From positions 98,332,001 through 98,396,000 of the forward strand of contig OX597820.1 in assembly GCA_951406725.2 (NCBI GenBank): a stretch of DNA of 64,000 nucleotides, read 5' to 3'. The translations under genes and the position numbers were made by a program. Source of the DNA: Octopus vulgaris (Eukaryota). The notes beneath the pieces were generated by a model. That model worked only from the letters and a program-made list of their open reading frames with translations. It ran no database searches and was not told the DNA's origin. Below are positions 1 to 12,431 of this stretch, piece by piece; positions within the stretch are counted from its first letter, which is position 1; each line of letters opens with the position of its first letter.

Positions 1-142
1 CATACCAACTATACTCATCTATAATCTGATACCAAGTATACTCATCTACAACATGATACCAAGTATACTCATTCTAGAATTAGATACCACGTATACTCAT
101 CAATAATTTGATACCATGTATACTCATCTACACTCTGATACC

Positions 143-147
<5 letters not shown>
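1..147 (+). repeat. 27-bp tandem repeat block 1 (about 5.5 units, runs off window start)
   Basis: Units ataccaactatactcatctataatctg / ataccaagtatactcatctacaacatg / ...ctagaattag / ...caataatttg / ...ctacactctg read directly; followed by (TA)n. Confidence 0.95.
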
Positions 148-222
<75 letters not shown>

Positions 223-254
223 GAGTGGGTAGTGATGAAATATTACTGATTTTA

Positions 255-443
255 AGGTATCGCGAAAGACTTGGTTAGATACCCAAACTTCCGATTTCTT
301 TTACAGGTCTTAGAAAAGCCTGATGTACTGCTGCAATGAGTGTGTGAATCTGAGAGAGGAATATGTTCAATAAAATCATAATTAACGCATCCTCCTGTAT
401 TTTCTTCTACCCAAAGGTAGGAACTTTTCGGCATCACCTCGTA
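255..443 (+). mobile_element. mariner-type DNA transposon 3' remnant with terminal inverted repeat
   Basis: Frame [15 protein letters not shown] resembles mariner transposase C-termini; ends ...ggaacttttcggcatcacctcgTA, a TACGAGG-type TIR next to TA. Confidence 0.65.
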
Positions 444-465
444 TATATATATATATATATATATG

Positions 466-535
<70 letters not shown>

Positions 536-1023
536 GAGAGAGAGAGGAAAAATATAGATAAGTAGATAGATACAAATATACATATACACACGCATTCACA
601 CGCACACACACACATATACACACATATGTATATACATACATATACACACACAAATGCATACAGACAGACACATATATATATACATATGTAAAATATATAT
701 ACAATCATTTTTTACAGGCTTATGCTATTTCTTTTAACTTCTGTCAAGTTTTTTTTTTTTATTTATCATTCCTTTTTCATTTTATCAATTTGAATTTTGT
801 GTCTCTTTTTTTTCTTGATCCCAACTTCTTTAACTTATCTTCTTCTCTTCCTCCTCCTCGCCCCTCTACTTTGCCTTCTGCTCTTTCTCCATTTTCTTTC
901 ATTTTCCTATAGATTTTTTTCTAGTCTCTTCTTCGCAACTTTCAGCAGATGGTATCCTCATAGAAATTACACATATTATAACTTACATACATAAATACAT
1001 ACATATAAACACACGTGAGCGCG

Positions 1024-1058
<35 letters not shown>

Positions 1059-1511
1059 TTATGCGTACATACGTATTATAAATATATATATGTACGTGTG
1101 TGTGTGTGTGTGTGTGTGCTTTAACATGCATAAGTATTATATATATATGTATATATATATATATGAATGATGATAATAAAACTGAGATGTAATGAGGCAA
1201 ATAATAAGAATAATAATAAAAAATACGAAATATACACACAAACTGTCAATCCAACGAAAGCAGCAACAACAACAACAACTAACCCATAAGACAAAAATAA
1301 CACCAACAACATCAGTAGCGAAAAAGAAAAGGAAAAGAACAGGAATTTTTTTCTCTCCTCTTTTATGTTTTCAAGACATATTTTATATCGGATATTCATG
1401 TAAGAAACTATCAAGGGACGTTTTTTGGTATAGACAGTGGAACCTCAAAATAACAGTAACAACAGCAACACCACCAGTAACAACACCAAAAGCAACAATT
1501 CTACCACCACA

Positions 1512-1582
<71 letters not shown>

Positions 1583-1723
1583 TATAAGGCAAAAAAATTA
1601 ACAAAAACTACTAGAGAGAGAATAAAACAAGAGACAATTTGTTTAACAGACATTTTTTCTTCTTATTTTCAGTGTTAAATGTCCCCGAGACCACTTAGCA
1701 ATCTGTTGTTACTGACATAGTGC

Positions 1724-1770
<47 letters not shown>

Positions 1771-1903
1771 GTGAGTGTTACAGATGATGCAATAAATTAG
1801 ACATCCTTCAGCTGGAGCTCTAAAAGATATTACTAATGATAGCAGTAATAAAAACGATAATAATAAATATTAATTACTACTACTACTATAGTAGTAGTAG
1901 TAG

Positions 1904-2046
<143 letters not shown>

Positions 2047-2245
2047 AGAAAAGATAGATAAATAGATAAATACAACACATACACACATATATATATATAC
2101 ATACATATACACACACAAATGCATACAGACAAACACATATGCATACATATGTAAAATATATACACTACTACTACTACTACAACTACTACTACTATTACTA
2201 CTACTACTACTACTGCAACTATGTATATTTGAAACAATTATTATT

Positions 2246-3004
2246 CAGTGAGAGAGCTGCACATTACCATCAAATCGACACTGGGGTGCAAATATATGAA
2301 GCCCAATATACCCATCATGACTACCCATGTAATAAAAGTACACCAGGCACATGCATCACAACCATATGTGCGCGAGATGATGAACTCACACAAAGATAAA
2401 CAGAGCATGACCTTGCTGATGGGGTCCAGTTATTAGAATCTTCTTCAATTGGAGTAGCATCATCTCGCTCAAAAGATCCTTGAATAAGGATTCTTTAGCG
2501 ATGGTGAACGAAACATCCATGTTTCCAGAGATGAATTATTCAAACCCCAAAGAATTCCTTATAACACATGGCTATGATGCTCCCTTATTACTTCTGCTCG
2601 TGATATGAGATACACATATGGTCAGACACTAAGGGATCAAACAACTGACAAATCTGTGAAAATTATTATTATTATTGAGTGAGAGAGCAGTGCATGCCAT
2701 CAAAGTGACACTGGGGCAAAATATACGAAGCCCAGTATACCCATCATGACTACCCATCTGATTAGGGTACACTAGGCCCATGCATCAAAACCATATGTGC
2801 GCGACATGGTGATCTCATATCAAGATAAACAGCACATGACCTTGCAGGTGGGGCCCAGTTAGAATTTTCTTCTGGTCGAGTAACCCATCCCGCTCAAAAG
2901 GTCCCTGAATAAGGATTGTTTAAGGATGTTGAACCAAACACCCATGTTTCCAGAGGTGAATTATTCAAACCCCAAATAATTCCCCTCAACACATGGCTAT
3001 GATG

Positions 3005-3043
<39 letters not shown>

Positions 3044-3596
3044 GAGTGAGAGAGCAGTTCATGCCATCAAAGTGACACTGGGGTAAAATATACGAAGCCC
3101 AATATACCCATCATGACTACCCGTCTGATAAAGGTTCACAGGCACATGCATCACAACCATATGTGCGCGACATGGTGATCTCATATCAAGATAAACAGCA
3201 CATGACCTTGCAGGTGGGGCCCAGTTAGAATTTTCTCCAGGTTGAGTAGCCCATCCTGCTCAAAAGGTCCCTGAATAAGGGTTGCTTTAGGATGTTGAAC
3301 GAAACACCTATGTTTCCAGAGTTGAATTATTCAAACCCCAAAGAATCCCTCTCAACACATGGCCATGATGCTCCCCCACTACTTCTGCTCGTGATCAGAG
3401 ATGCATATATCGTCAGCCACTAAGGGACATGCTCAACTGGTTAAGGTCAAACAACTGACAAGCAAATCTGTGGTATTGAGCAGAATATTTGCTGTAGCCC
3501 ATTTTTTATACCAAGACAAAACAATGTACATGATAACACTTCCAATCAGTTAAGATCAGAAGCCATGAGAGCCACTGCCTGGTACTGCATCAGGGC

Positions 3597-3683
<87 letters not shown>

Positions 3684-4695
3684 CATCATTACTATTAATT
3701 TATTAATTGAGAGACCAGTGCATGTCATCAAATTGACACTGGGATAAAATATACAAAGCCCAGTATACCCATCATGACTACCCGTCTGATAACGGTATAC
3801 CAGGCACTAACAAATTTTCTGTCTCCCTTTTCACCCTACCTTTCTGTAACCATAATCATGTCTCACTCACTAGTACTATTTGCTGCGGCTATCTTTGGGA
3901 ACCCACCATGCAACAACTTCTCCTGCCAGTTAGATAGTTCTGTTCTTTTTTCTGGTTTTCAACTTCGTTTGGTTTTGGTTTCCCTATGTTTTGCTGTGAC
4001 TCTAACAGTTTTCAATAAACGTTCTTCACTATTACCTACATCGGGGTCTATATCTACTCTAGCTAACACCTACAAACTCTATTATTTTTGCTATTGTTAT
4101 TATTATTGTTATTGAGTGAGAAAGCAGTGCATGCCATCAAAGTGACACTGGGGTAAAATATACGAAGCCCAGTATACCCATCATAACTACCCGTCTGATA
4201 AGGGTACACTAGGCACATGCATCACAACCATATGTGCGCAACATGGTGATCTCATATCAAGATAAACAGCGCATGACCTTACAGGTGGGGCCCAGTTAGA
4301 ATTTTCTTCTGGTCGAGTAACCCATCCCGCTCAAAAGGTCCCTGAATAAGGGTTGTTTAAGGATGTTGAACGAAACACCCATGTTTTCAGATGCGAATTG
4401 TTCAAACCTCAAAGAATCCCTCTCAACACATGGCTATCATGCTCCCCCACTACTTCAGCTCGTGATCAGAGATGCATATATCGTCAGCCAGTAAGGGACA
4501 TGCTCAACTGGTTATGGTCAACCAACTGACAAGCAAATCTGTGGTATTGAGCAGAATATTTGCTGTAGCCCCTCTTTTATACCAAGACAAAACAATGTAC
4601 ATGATAACACTTCCAATCAGTTAATGCTCCCACACTACTGCAGCTCGTGATCAGAGATGCACATATCGTCAGCCACTAAGGGACATGCTCAACTG
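2246..4695 (-). mobile_element. Cluster of copies of a ~555-bp non-coding retroposon-like element inserted in (TAA)n (copies ~2246-2658, 2677-3007, 3044-3598 longest, 3709-3807, 4114-4695)
   Basis: Copies share a fixed end (gagtgagagagcagtgcatgccatcaaagtgacactgggg on +) abutting (TTA)n and a variable other end; same family at 6394-6460 and 52086-53118. Confidence 0.85.
3808..4070 (-). mobile_element. Internal fragment of R4/Dong-type LINE (same family as 61381-63140)
   Basis: Reverse complement aligns by eye with 62160-62420 (ttagctagaatagatatagac...ctgactggcaggagaag...ggagacagaaa). Confidence 0.75.
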
Positions 4696-4721
4696 TTATT
4701 ATTATTATTATTATTAATATT

Positions 4722-4768
<47 letters not shown>

Positions 4769-4781
4769 TATTATTATTATT

Positions 4782-6285
4782 GTCATTTACTTTTAATCTG
4801 CATGTTTGATGCAATCACTTGCCGGGGCACACTCAGCGCCCTAGGGCAAGTGAAGGTTAAGAATTGTTGAAATATAGCTGAAAGCTTGGGGAGGGGAAGT
4901 AGAGAAATATCTCCATGTAATACAAACACAAACATTTACATTGATAGGGTTTTTCTAAGGATGTGGGCAGTACTTGTTAGCACAATCTTTTGGATTTCCT
5001 TGAGACATAGTTCTCCAGGGATATTGTCTAGGAGTTTCTGACATCCCTTTTTTATCATACCTAGGGCACCTACAATAACAGGAACAGTTTTTGTTTTAAG
5101 ATTCCACATCTTTTGTATTTCGATTTCCAGGTCCTTATATTTACTAAGTTTTTCAAATTCCTTTACAGATATATTTTTATCAGTGGGGACGCTTACCTCT
5201 ATTAGTCTGCAGGTATTTTCTTCCCTGTCTTTAACAATTATGTCTGGTCGATTAGCCTTGATCGTTCTGTCAGTGTTGACTGGAAAATCCCAGAGGATGG
5301 TGACATCCTTACCTTCAGCAACTGGTTGAGGATGGTGTTCATACCAGTTAGCAGGAGTGTCGAATTTGTAGTATTTACATATCTTCCAATGTATATACTG
5401 TCCTACCCTATCGTGGCGATTTTTGTATTCGTTTGGTGTCAGCACAGGACATCCCGAAACGAGATGGTCTATCGTTTCGTCAAATGTGTCGCAGAATCTG
5501 CATTTAGGGTCAGTACCGTTTCGGAGAACGTTAGCCTGGTAATTTCTGGTAAACAAGCTTTGATCTTGTGCTGCCAGTATGAAGCCTTCAGTCTCTGCTT
5601 TCAATCCAGAACTCTTCAGCCACTGATGGGTTGTTGCTTGGTCTACATCAGCATTGTGGCTTCGGAGAATATATTGTCCATGCAGGGGCTTCTGGCTCCA
5701 CCGCATCTCAATTTGATTCTGCCCGTTCTTTTTTGCAGTCTGCTTGATTCGCTTTGCTTGCTTGGTAGCAGTGGTTTCCGGCTCTTCATCTGATTCAAGG
5801 TTAATATCTAGTTCCCTTTCGAACTTATAGGCTTCCTTGACAATAGAATGCAGCTTTTTGCTGCTTTCGTGTTCGCACACAAGTCGCAGCATCCAGTCCT
5901 TTGTACTAGATAGGTACCTGTTCATTCCTACAGTAGAGGTCTTATAGCACAGCTCCAATTGCATCATTCCTCTCCCCCCGCTGCTTCTAGGTAGGTACAG
6001 GCGGTCTACATCTGCCTTAGGGTGGTGCATGCTCTTGGATGTCAGTAATTTTCTTGCCTTCCTGTCCAAGCGTTGGAGTTCCGTAAGGTTCCAGTTAATG
6101 ATGTTAAAACTGTACTGGACTACTGGAAGCGCCAGGGTGTTAATGGCCTCAATGCAATTTTTGGAGTTGAGTTCAGTCTTCAGTACAAGCCTTATTCTCC
6201 TATAGTATTCCTTTCTTATTTTTTCCTTCATAGTAGCATGATGTATACCATCTCCTTCGTTGATTCCTAGGTATTTGTAACTTTT
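4782..6285 (-). mobile_element. 5'-truncated R4/Dong-type non-LTR retrotransposon inserted in (TAA)n
   Basis: Open frame from YKYLG through RLYLPRSSGGRG, CRFC...ETIDHLVSGC zinc knuckle, RHD, PDII and K..KYKDL restriction-like endonuclease motifs; short 3' UTR; (AAT)n on both sides. Confidence 0.92.
4936..6231 (-). CDS. C-terminal part of non-LTR retrotransposon ORF (RT thumb/linker, CCHC knuckle, RLE endonuclease), 431 aa uninterrupted
   Basis: ORF track 4936..6231 with the motifs above; lacks the RT catalytic core, so not a complete protein. Confidence 0.85.
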   Translation of the reverse strand: MKEKIRKEYYRRIRLVLKTELNSKNCIEAINTLALPVVQYSFNIINWNLTELQRLDRKARKLLTSKSMHHPKADVDRLYLPRSSGGRGMMQLELCYKTSTVGMNRYLSSTKDWMLRLVCEHESSKKLHSIVKEAYKFERELDINLESDEEPETTATKQAKRIKQTAKKNGQNQIEMRWSQKPLHGQYILRSHNADVDQATTHQWLKSSGLKAETEGFILAAQDQSLFTRNYQANVLRNGTDPKCRFCDTFDETIDHLVSGCPVLTPNEYKNRHDRVGQYIHWKICKYYKFDTPANWYEHHPQPVAEGKDVTILWDFPVNTDRTIKANRPDIIVKDREENTCRLIEVSVPTDKNISVKEFEKLSKYKDLEIEIQKMWNLKTKTVPVIVGALGMIKKGCQKLLDNIPGELCLKEIQKIVLTSTAHILRKTLSM

Positions 6286-6298
6286 ATTATTATTATTA

Positions 6299-6388
<90 letters not shown>

Positions 6389-6459
6389 CATCATTGCTGT
6401 AGCCCATCTTTTATACCAAGACAAAACAATGTGCACGATAACACTTCCAATCAGTTATG

Positions 6460-7140
6460 ATCCTTTTGGATTACAAGTCACCAACACCTATCGCCTGAGC
6501 CATCCATGAACTTTCGAATGATCTTCCCCGTTCTTAACAAGCAGGCCAGTTGTGTATTCGCTAAATGTTTCTCGTCTGTCCACTCTTTGAGCTTCTTTCT
6601 CGTCTGTTGTAAGGCTCTAACGACTTCAGATTTTCTGCAACCCCATAATCTGCTAATCTCTCACTTCAGGTCCTGGTATATATCAAACCTTGTTGATTTC
6701 CTTTTCTTGGAATAGGAGGGGAAAATGGGAATTCTCAAACACGAAGCTGAAGGATTAATTTTTGCCCCTCGGGCCCAAGCCGTCTGGACAGATAGTGAAA
6801 AATGTTGAGCAGGACTCAACGTATTGCCATTATGCAGCGTAAGCAATAAACAGGAAGAGACAGTCACCCACATAGTAAATGAATGTTCCAGACTCCAAAG
6901 AAACAGTAAAAATTTTGGAGACATGTTAATGTTGCTAAGATCAAACAAAGGGAAATGTGTAAGAAGAATCGGTTTCCATTACGCCATAAGTGGTATGAGC
7001 ATGCATCTGAAAAAGTGACTGAGAATGGTGAGTTTAAAATTCTTTGGGACTTTCCTATCCAAACACAGAACCGGATTTTGTCGTTTGATAGAAGAGAACG
7101 GTATCGCTAGATAATTGATCCATTTGATACAAGATTATTG
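6460..7140. mobile_element. Decayed RLE-clade LINE 3' end with 5' inversion
   Basis: Minus 6715->6460 gives ...DIYQDLK*EISRLWG; plus 6720->7140 gives EGLIFA, EETVTHIVNEC, KWYEH, KILWDFPIQT, PFDTR across frameshifts. Confidence 0.7.
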
Positions 7141-7766
7141 TTAGTTCTATTGTTGTTGTTTGTATATGACTACTATTTTGTCTGTGAGTTGTAACATTTT
7201 GGTTATTAAAAATTTACTGTGTGAAAATATTCCTTTCGATTACTTTTCAAACATAATTATTTTTTTTACAAATAGAGGACGTTGATATATCAGTACGTCA
7301 ACCATAACACTTAAAATAGACAAACAACTAATTACAAAAAATAGAGTTACAATGAATACGCCCCTTCGAAAGAAGACAGTCACATTTAATCTTTCAAGGC
7401 AAGAAAAATAATTTAGAATGGATAAACAGATTGCGAAAATGACAAACGCGAAACAAACCTTGAAACAGGAGAGATGTACTCTCAAATACAATCAAACCAA
7501 TTAAGATGATATAATCAAAACCAAAGCACCCAAAAACAACAACAACACTACATACTCGCACACATATCACAGACACGACTGGATGAAGGCTATATTATTT
7601 ACTAAAATAGCGATCATTAGAGTAGAGCATATGAAGCCAGCATTGGTTTTTGCCATAAGGAATAGTTTACTATTTAATCTATATTTCACACTGGCTGGCA
7701 TGAGTGAAATTTTAACGACACTTTAAATTGCTTTTACGAAGAGCCACTTTGTCACATTTGTGAGTT

Positions 7767-7937
7767 AATATTTATCCCCACTTATCGGCTTTTGGGGGTA
7801 CAAAATGCACTCTTATTTAGCGATATAAACAGGAGTGCATTTTGCACAAAAAGCCAGTATGAGAGTTTCTCTCATGGCATTTGCCACAGTATACTCTGGT
7901 CTAACAGAACATTTACGTTTAAGCGTGGATAAATATT
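7767..7937. repeat. Imperfect foldback / MITE-like palindrome
   Basis: aatatttatcc...ggataaatatt outer arms; caaaatgcactc...gagtgcattttg inner 12-bp arms. Confidence 0.55.
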
Positions 7938-9177
7938 ACCTCTCGGTTTTCTGTCTTTAATATAAATGTTTTTGAATATCTAAGCATCAGCTCGATCATC
8001 TGGTGTCCAGGAAAGAGAACATTGTTATCAGATATTAGATCACGTACATATTAAACAATCGAACAAGACTATGTCTTTCTAATTGGTTGGTTTAATCTAA
8101 AAATTACTGGTAATAAGTAATCGGGAACCATAGAACTAATTGCAAAGCATCAGACTTCTTGTGGAGAACTGATTGTAAAACACCAAATTTCTTTGCGTGT
8201 GGAACATGACTGTGTCAAAACAAATACTGTCTTCCTCCAGAAGGAAAATATAAAACCGCTTGGGTGAATCTGCATAACCTATTTTACCTTTTATAGTCAA
8301 AGAGAGGTCAGTGTTCATGGTTCCTGTTTTTCCCAGAGCCTTGTACGACAAGTAAGAGGAATATAGAAATTTAATCTCAAACCAGAAACCTAGCCTTAAT
8401 GCTTGTAACAGTGTGGATGTGGATTCTGCTCAAAGCTTCCAACAAGCACATAATGCTATTAAATGAGATGACAAATTAAGTTTATTACTCAAGAACTCAG
8501 CTCTCAGAACACAAAGCGCCGGGAGAGATAACGAAAAATGTATACCGATTTAGCAATTCTGCCAACCGCAGCTCTAGAATTATATTATCTAACTCGAATG
8601 GTGGGAATACAAAGTTGACTCTAATGGGATTTGAATGCAATAGGAGAGTCAGAACAAATACCACGAGGTATTTTGTTTACCAATTTACCACCAATTCATC
8701 AGCAGAGGTGTCTATCTTAAAGATGTCCTACTTACCAGTGAAATGAACAAAGTTAAGTGTTGGAGAGACGACCGCATGATAATAACAAAGGTCAGATCAC
8801 AAGCGTTCCACATATAGCCTCCATGAGTACCAAACCGCAAAAGTTTCAGTTGATGAAATCATGTTCTATAGTCTCTAAAAGCTTAAGAGACAGTCATTGC
8901 CGCCGAAGTTGGCATGGACTTCAAATTGACGTCTTAAAGTTCAATAATATCATACGGCTGCACACACACACACACACACACAAAGATAAATTGTGTGGGC
9001 AAATAAAAATATGAGATACTTCCTAGTGTTTTTTATTTTTATTTTGATAAGCCTGGTACTTACTATATCAGTTTCTTCCTGTGAAACAATTAATAAACGA
9101 ATACCAGTTGTGAGGCAGTAATGAGAGAGAAACACAAAGACACACAAACAGACTTACATATATACATACATATATAT

Positions 9178-9341
9178 ATACGATCGATTTCTTTCAGTTT
9201 CTGTCTACACAATCCACTGACAAGGCTTTGGTTGGTCTGAGGTTATAGTAGAATACATATGCCATGTCACCACACGGTGGGACTGAACCCAGGACCATGT
9301 GTTTTGGAACGAGGTTTGTTACCACACAGCCACACCTGCAC
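9178..9341 (-). mobile_element. SINE family A, diverged 5' part
   Basis: Reverse complement of ggtgcaggtgtggctgtgtggtaac...gggttcagtcccac...gtagacagaaactgaaagaa; matches copies at 24221 and 60531. Confidence 0.75.
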
Positions 9342-9604
9342 CTATGTATGTGTGTATGTGTGTGTGTATGTGTGTATGGGTGTATATGTGTATGCATGTA
9401 TATATGTGAATATATAAGTGTACATATTACATGTATATCTATATATATATATATCTACACATATACATGTATACATATACATCTATATGTATAGAAATAA
9501 ATGTATACATATACAGCTATACACACACACACATACATAGGTGCAGGTGTGGCTGTGTGGTAACAAACTTCGTTCCAAAACACATGGTGCTGTGTTTAAA
9601 TTTA

Positions 9605-10017
9605 AATTTAAAATAATAAGGGTGATAAATTGAATATTAATTTGATTAATATGAATTGAAAACCAGTGGTGTAGCATATAAGACCATAGCGGATCTTCTT
9701 CTAGCAAAATGGATGTCCACTGTTAATGGTTCATCCCTCTTATATAATAGTTTGACTTTAATAGTTTCAGTATTAAAGTGAAATTATCTTACATTACAAT
9801 AGAGAGATGTTTTTGTTTCACTTTTAACACGTAATACTTAAATAATGGAGATGATATGATATTGTTGTGGGCTCGCCCTAGGCAAGAAGTTAGAAATTCT
9901 TTTGCCCATGACACTACATGAACCATAAGGAAGGCATGTATAAAATTTGAATGAAATTGGTTATGTAGTTCTCAAGTTTTAGGGATTCACACAGACAGAC
10001 AGACACACATTCTCAGT

Positions 10018-10020
<3 letters not shown>
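9605..10020 (+). mobile_element. Possible non-autonomous Helitron/Helentron-like repeat
   Basis: Ends aaatttgaatgaaattggttatgtagtt...(acag)n...ttatatat, an architecture typical of such elements; similar ending at 39345-39745. Classification is recall-based. Confidence 0.35.
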
Positions 10021-10049
<29 letters not shown>

Positions 10050-10096
10050 CATATATATATATACATATATATAGATAGATATATACATATATAAAT

Positions 10097-10147
<51 letters not shown>

Positions 10148-10464
10148 GTATATATTTACTTTTAATCGTAGTCGTTTCTTCCACGTTCTTTGTTGGGGGT
10201 TATAACTCATATATACTCAATCGGATCACTTTTTTCTGTTAACCTCGTTAACTCATAATGTTATTGGTTTCCCTCCGCATCATTCACCATCAAAAGTTCC
10301 TAGCACTATATCGTAGTGAAAACCTCACCGCGGGAGCGACTATTTAGCTGAAATATGGTAGATTGATAGCCACAACTTTTTACCGCAGATCAACCTTTCC
10401 TCTGGGAAAGATCTGAATGAGTTAACCCATGTGTGTGGAATTCTCAAGCGCTTAAAAATTAGCT

Positions 10465-10655
10465 AGCACCTACGACGGTTGCTGCGACGAGGGTTCCAGT
10501 AGATCCGATCAACGGAAAAACCTGCTCGTGGTACCCTTAACGTAGTTCAGCGTGACATTGAATGTAACAAGGCTGGCACCTTTGAATTGCAGGTACGACT
10601 CATTTTTGCAAGCTGAGTGGACTAGAAACAGCTTGAAACAAAGTATATTGCTCAC
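10465..10655 (-). mobile_element. Degraded SINE (family C2 body/tail)
   Basis: gagggttccagtagatccgatcaacgg...ctgagtggact matches 27157-27400. Confidence 0.7.
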
Positions 10656-10911
10656 TAAGCGACGCGCCTTCAGTTAACCATTAACAATAATAATAAGGAT
10701 GTGTTTAGTCGAACCGAAGTTCAAACTGATGTAGACACAGTATAGTAACACATAAAAAGCAACAAGTATAGCAGCGGCGGCAACAATATCTTTAACAATA
10801 GTTGTAACGAACATCATCCATGGGACATGTAAACATTAACGCAAACAAAATGCAACTGTATACATCTCTTCCATAACTAAGCTACAACACACACGCATAC
10901 ACACACACACA

Positions 10912-11641
10912 TGCGGTCTGATCAATAATTATCAGGACATAGTAACAAAGCTAAAGCATTCTGAGTTAAGCTGTGTAGCTTGTGATCGTCCTATTGATCA
11001 TGACAAAGAAAGTTGAGCAAAGAACCTGCATCAAATTTTGCCAAAAGCTTGGCGATATCTGCTCAGAGGCCTACGTGAAATTTTCAAAATGTTTTCATCG
11101 TTCTCAACACAAAGAGATCTTGTGTAACTGAAACTCGAGTGTGTTTTTGGCGCAAACTTGGCAGACACGCCTCTCATACACAAATCTTCATTGATAATGG
11201 ACTGAATTGAACCGTAGCAAACCTGCACATCCTCTAATAACTCACGGATGGTGATACAACGATTCCCCCTCGCGATGCTTTTCTCATTTCTGCTGGTTGC
11301 GGGTCTTCCAGGACGTTCATCAATATCGACATTTTTCGGCCATTTTGGAAACGTCTGAAACACTAGTGCATTTGTGTGCAGCTCATACACACCTCTCCAT
11401 ACACTTGCTGCAAACTTACGTAGGCCTCTGAGCAGCTTTCGCCATGACAACTTGGTCAATGTAACGAACACACGCTACACCCGTTCCGCTGTTATAAACA
11501 GCGGAAGAGAGCTAGACCGTTAAAACTTAGTGCGCGTACACAACAGTGTTCAGAGTCAATCTATGCCAAGAGGCTTTACTCTGCATACTTTAGATTCGTG
11601 TCTAGGGCACCAGTCTGGATGCTTATTGATGAGGCATCGTA
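10912..11641. mobile_element. mariner-derived element made of two inverted 5' halves
   Basis: Plus arm encodes EQRTCIKFCQKLG; minus arm encodes DERPGRP...ITIREL...SIINEDLCMRGVSAKFAPK; TIR-like ends tgcggtctgatcaataa and ttattgatgaggcatcgta. Confidence 0.75.
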
Positions 11642-11731
11642 CAATCTCAAGCATACACGCGCACACATACGCACTATTTCGCATACAGGCGTTCATAAAT
11701 GCATATATGAAGACATATGTAGAGATACATG

Positions 11732-11797
<66 letters not shown>

Positions 11798-12077
11798 TGT
11801 ATATATAGATGCATGCATGCGTATATATATATATATATATATATATATTCATATATATAAAGAGAGAGAAAGAGAGAGTGAAAGAGAGAGAGACAAAGAT
11901 AGATAGATAGATAAATAGATCGACAGACAGACAGACAGAAAGACAGATAGATATATATACATATGTATGTATACAGGTATGTATGGATGCATCTATCTAT
12001 CAATCTATCTATTTATCTATCTGTCTGTCTATCTCTCTGTCTATCTACCTATATATAAATATGTACACACACACACA

Positions 12078-12122
<45 letters not shown>

Positions 12123-12300
12123 GTGTCTTAGAGACGAAGATCTCTTGGGGCTATAAAGCTACAGTAACAACCCCCTCCCCAATGTGGTTAGCCATGATAA
12201 GATGGCTTCTATACTTTACATTATCGAGCGATTACTGTTTCAATCTCATTCTGAGATTTAATTATGCTTACTGTTCGTTTTTCGACATGAGTGGCAGACG

Positions 12301-12370
<70 letters not shown>

Positions 12371-12383
12371 GCCATATATATCG

Positions 12384-12429
<46 letters not shown>

Positions 12430-12431
<2 letters not shown>

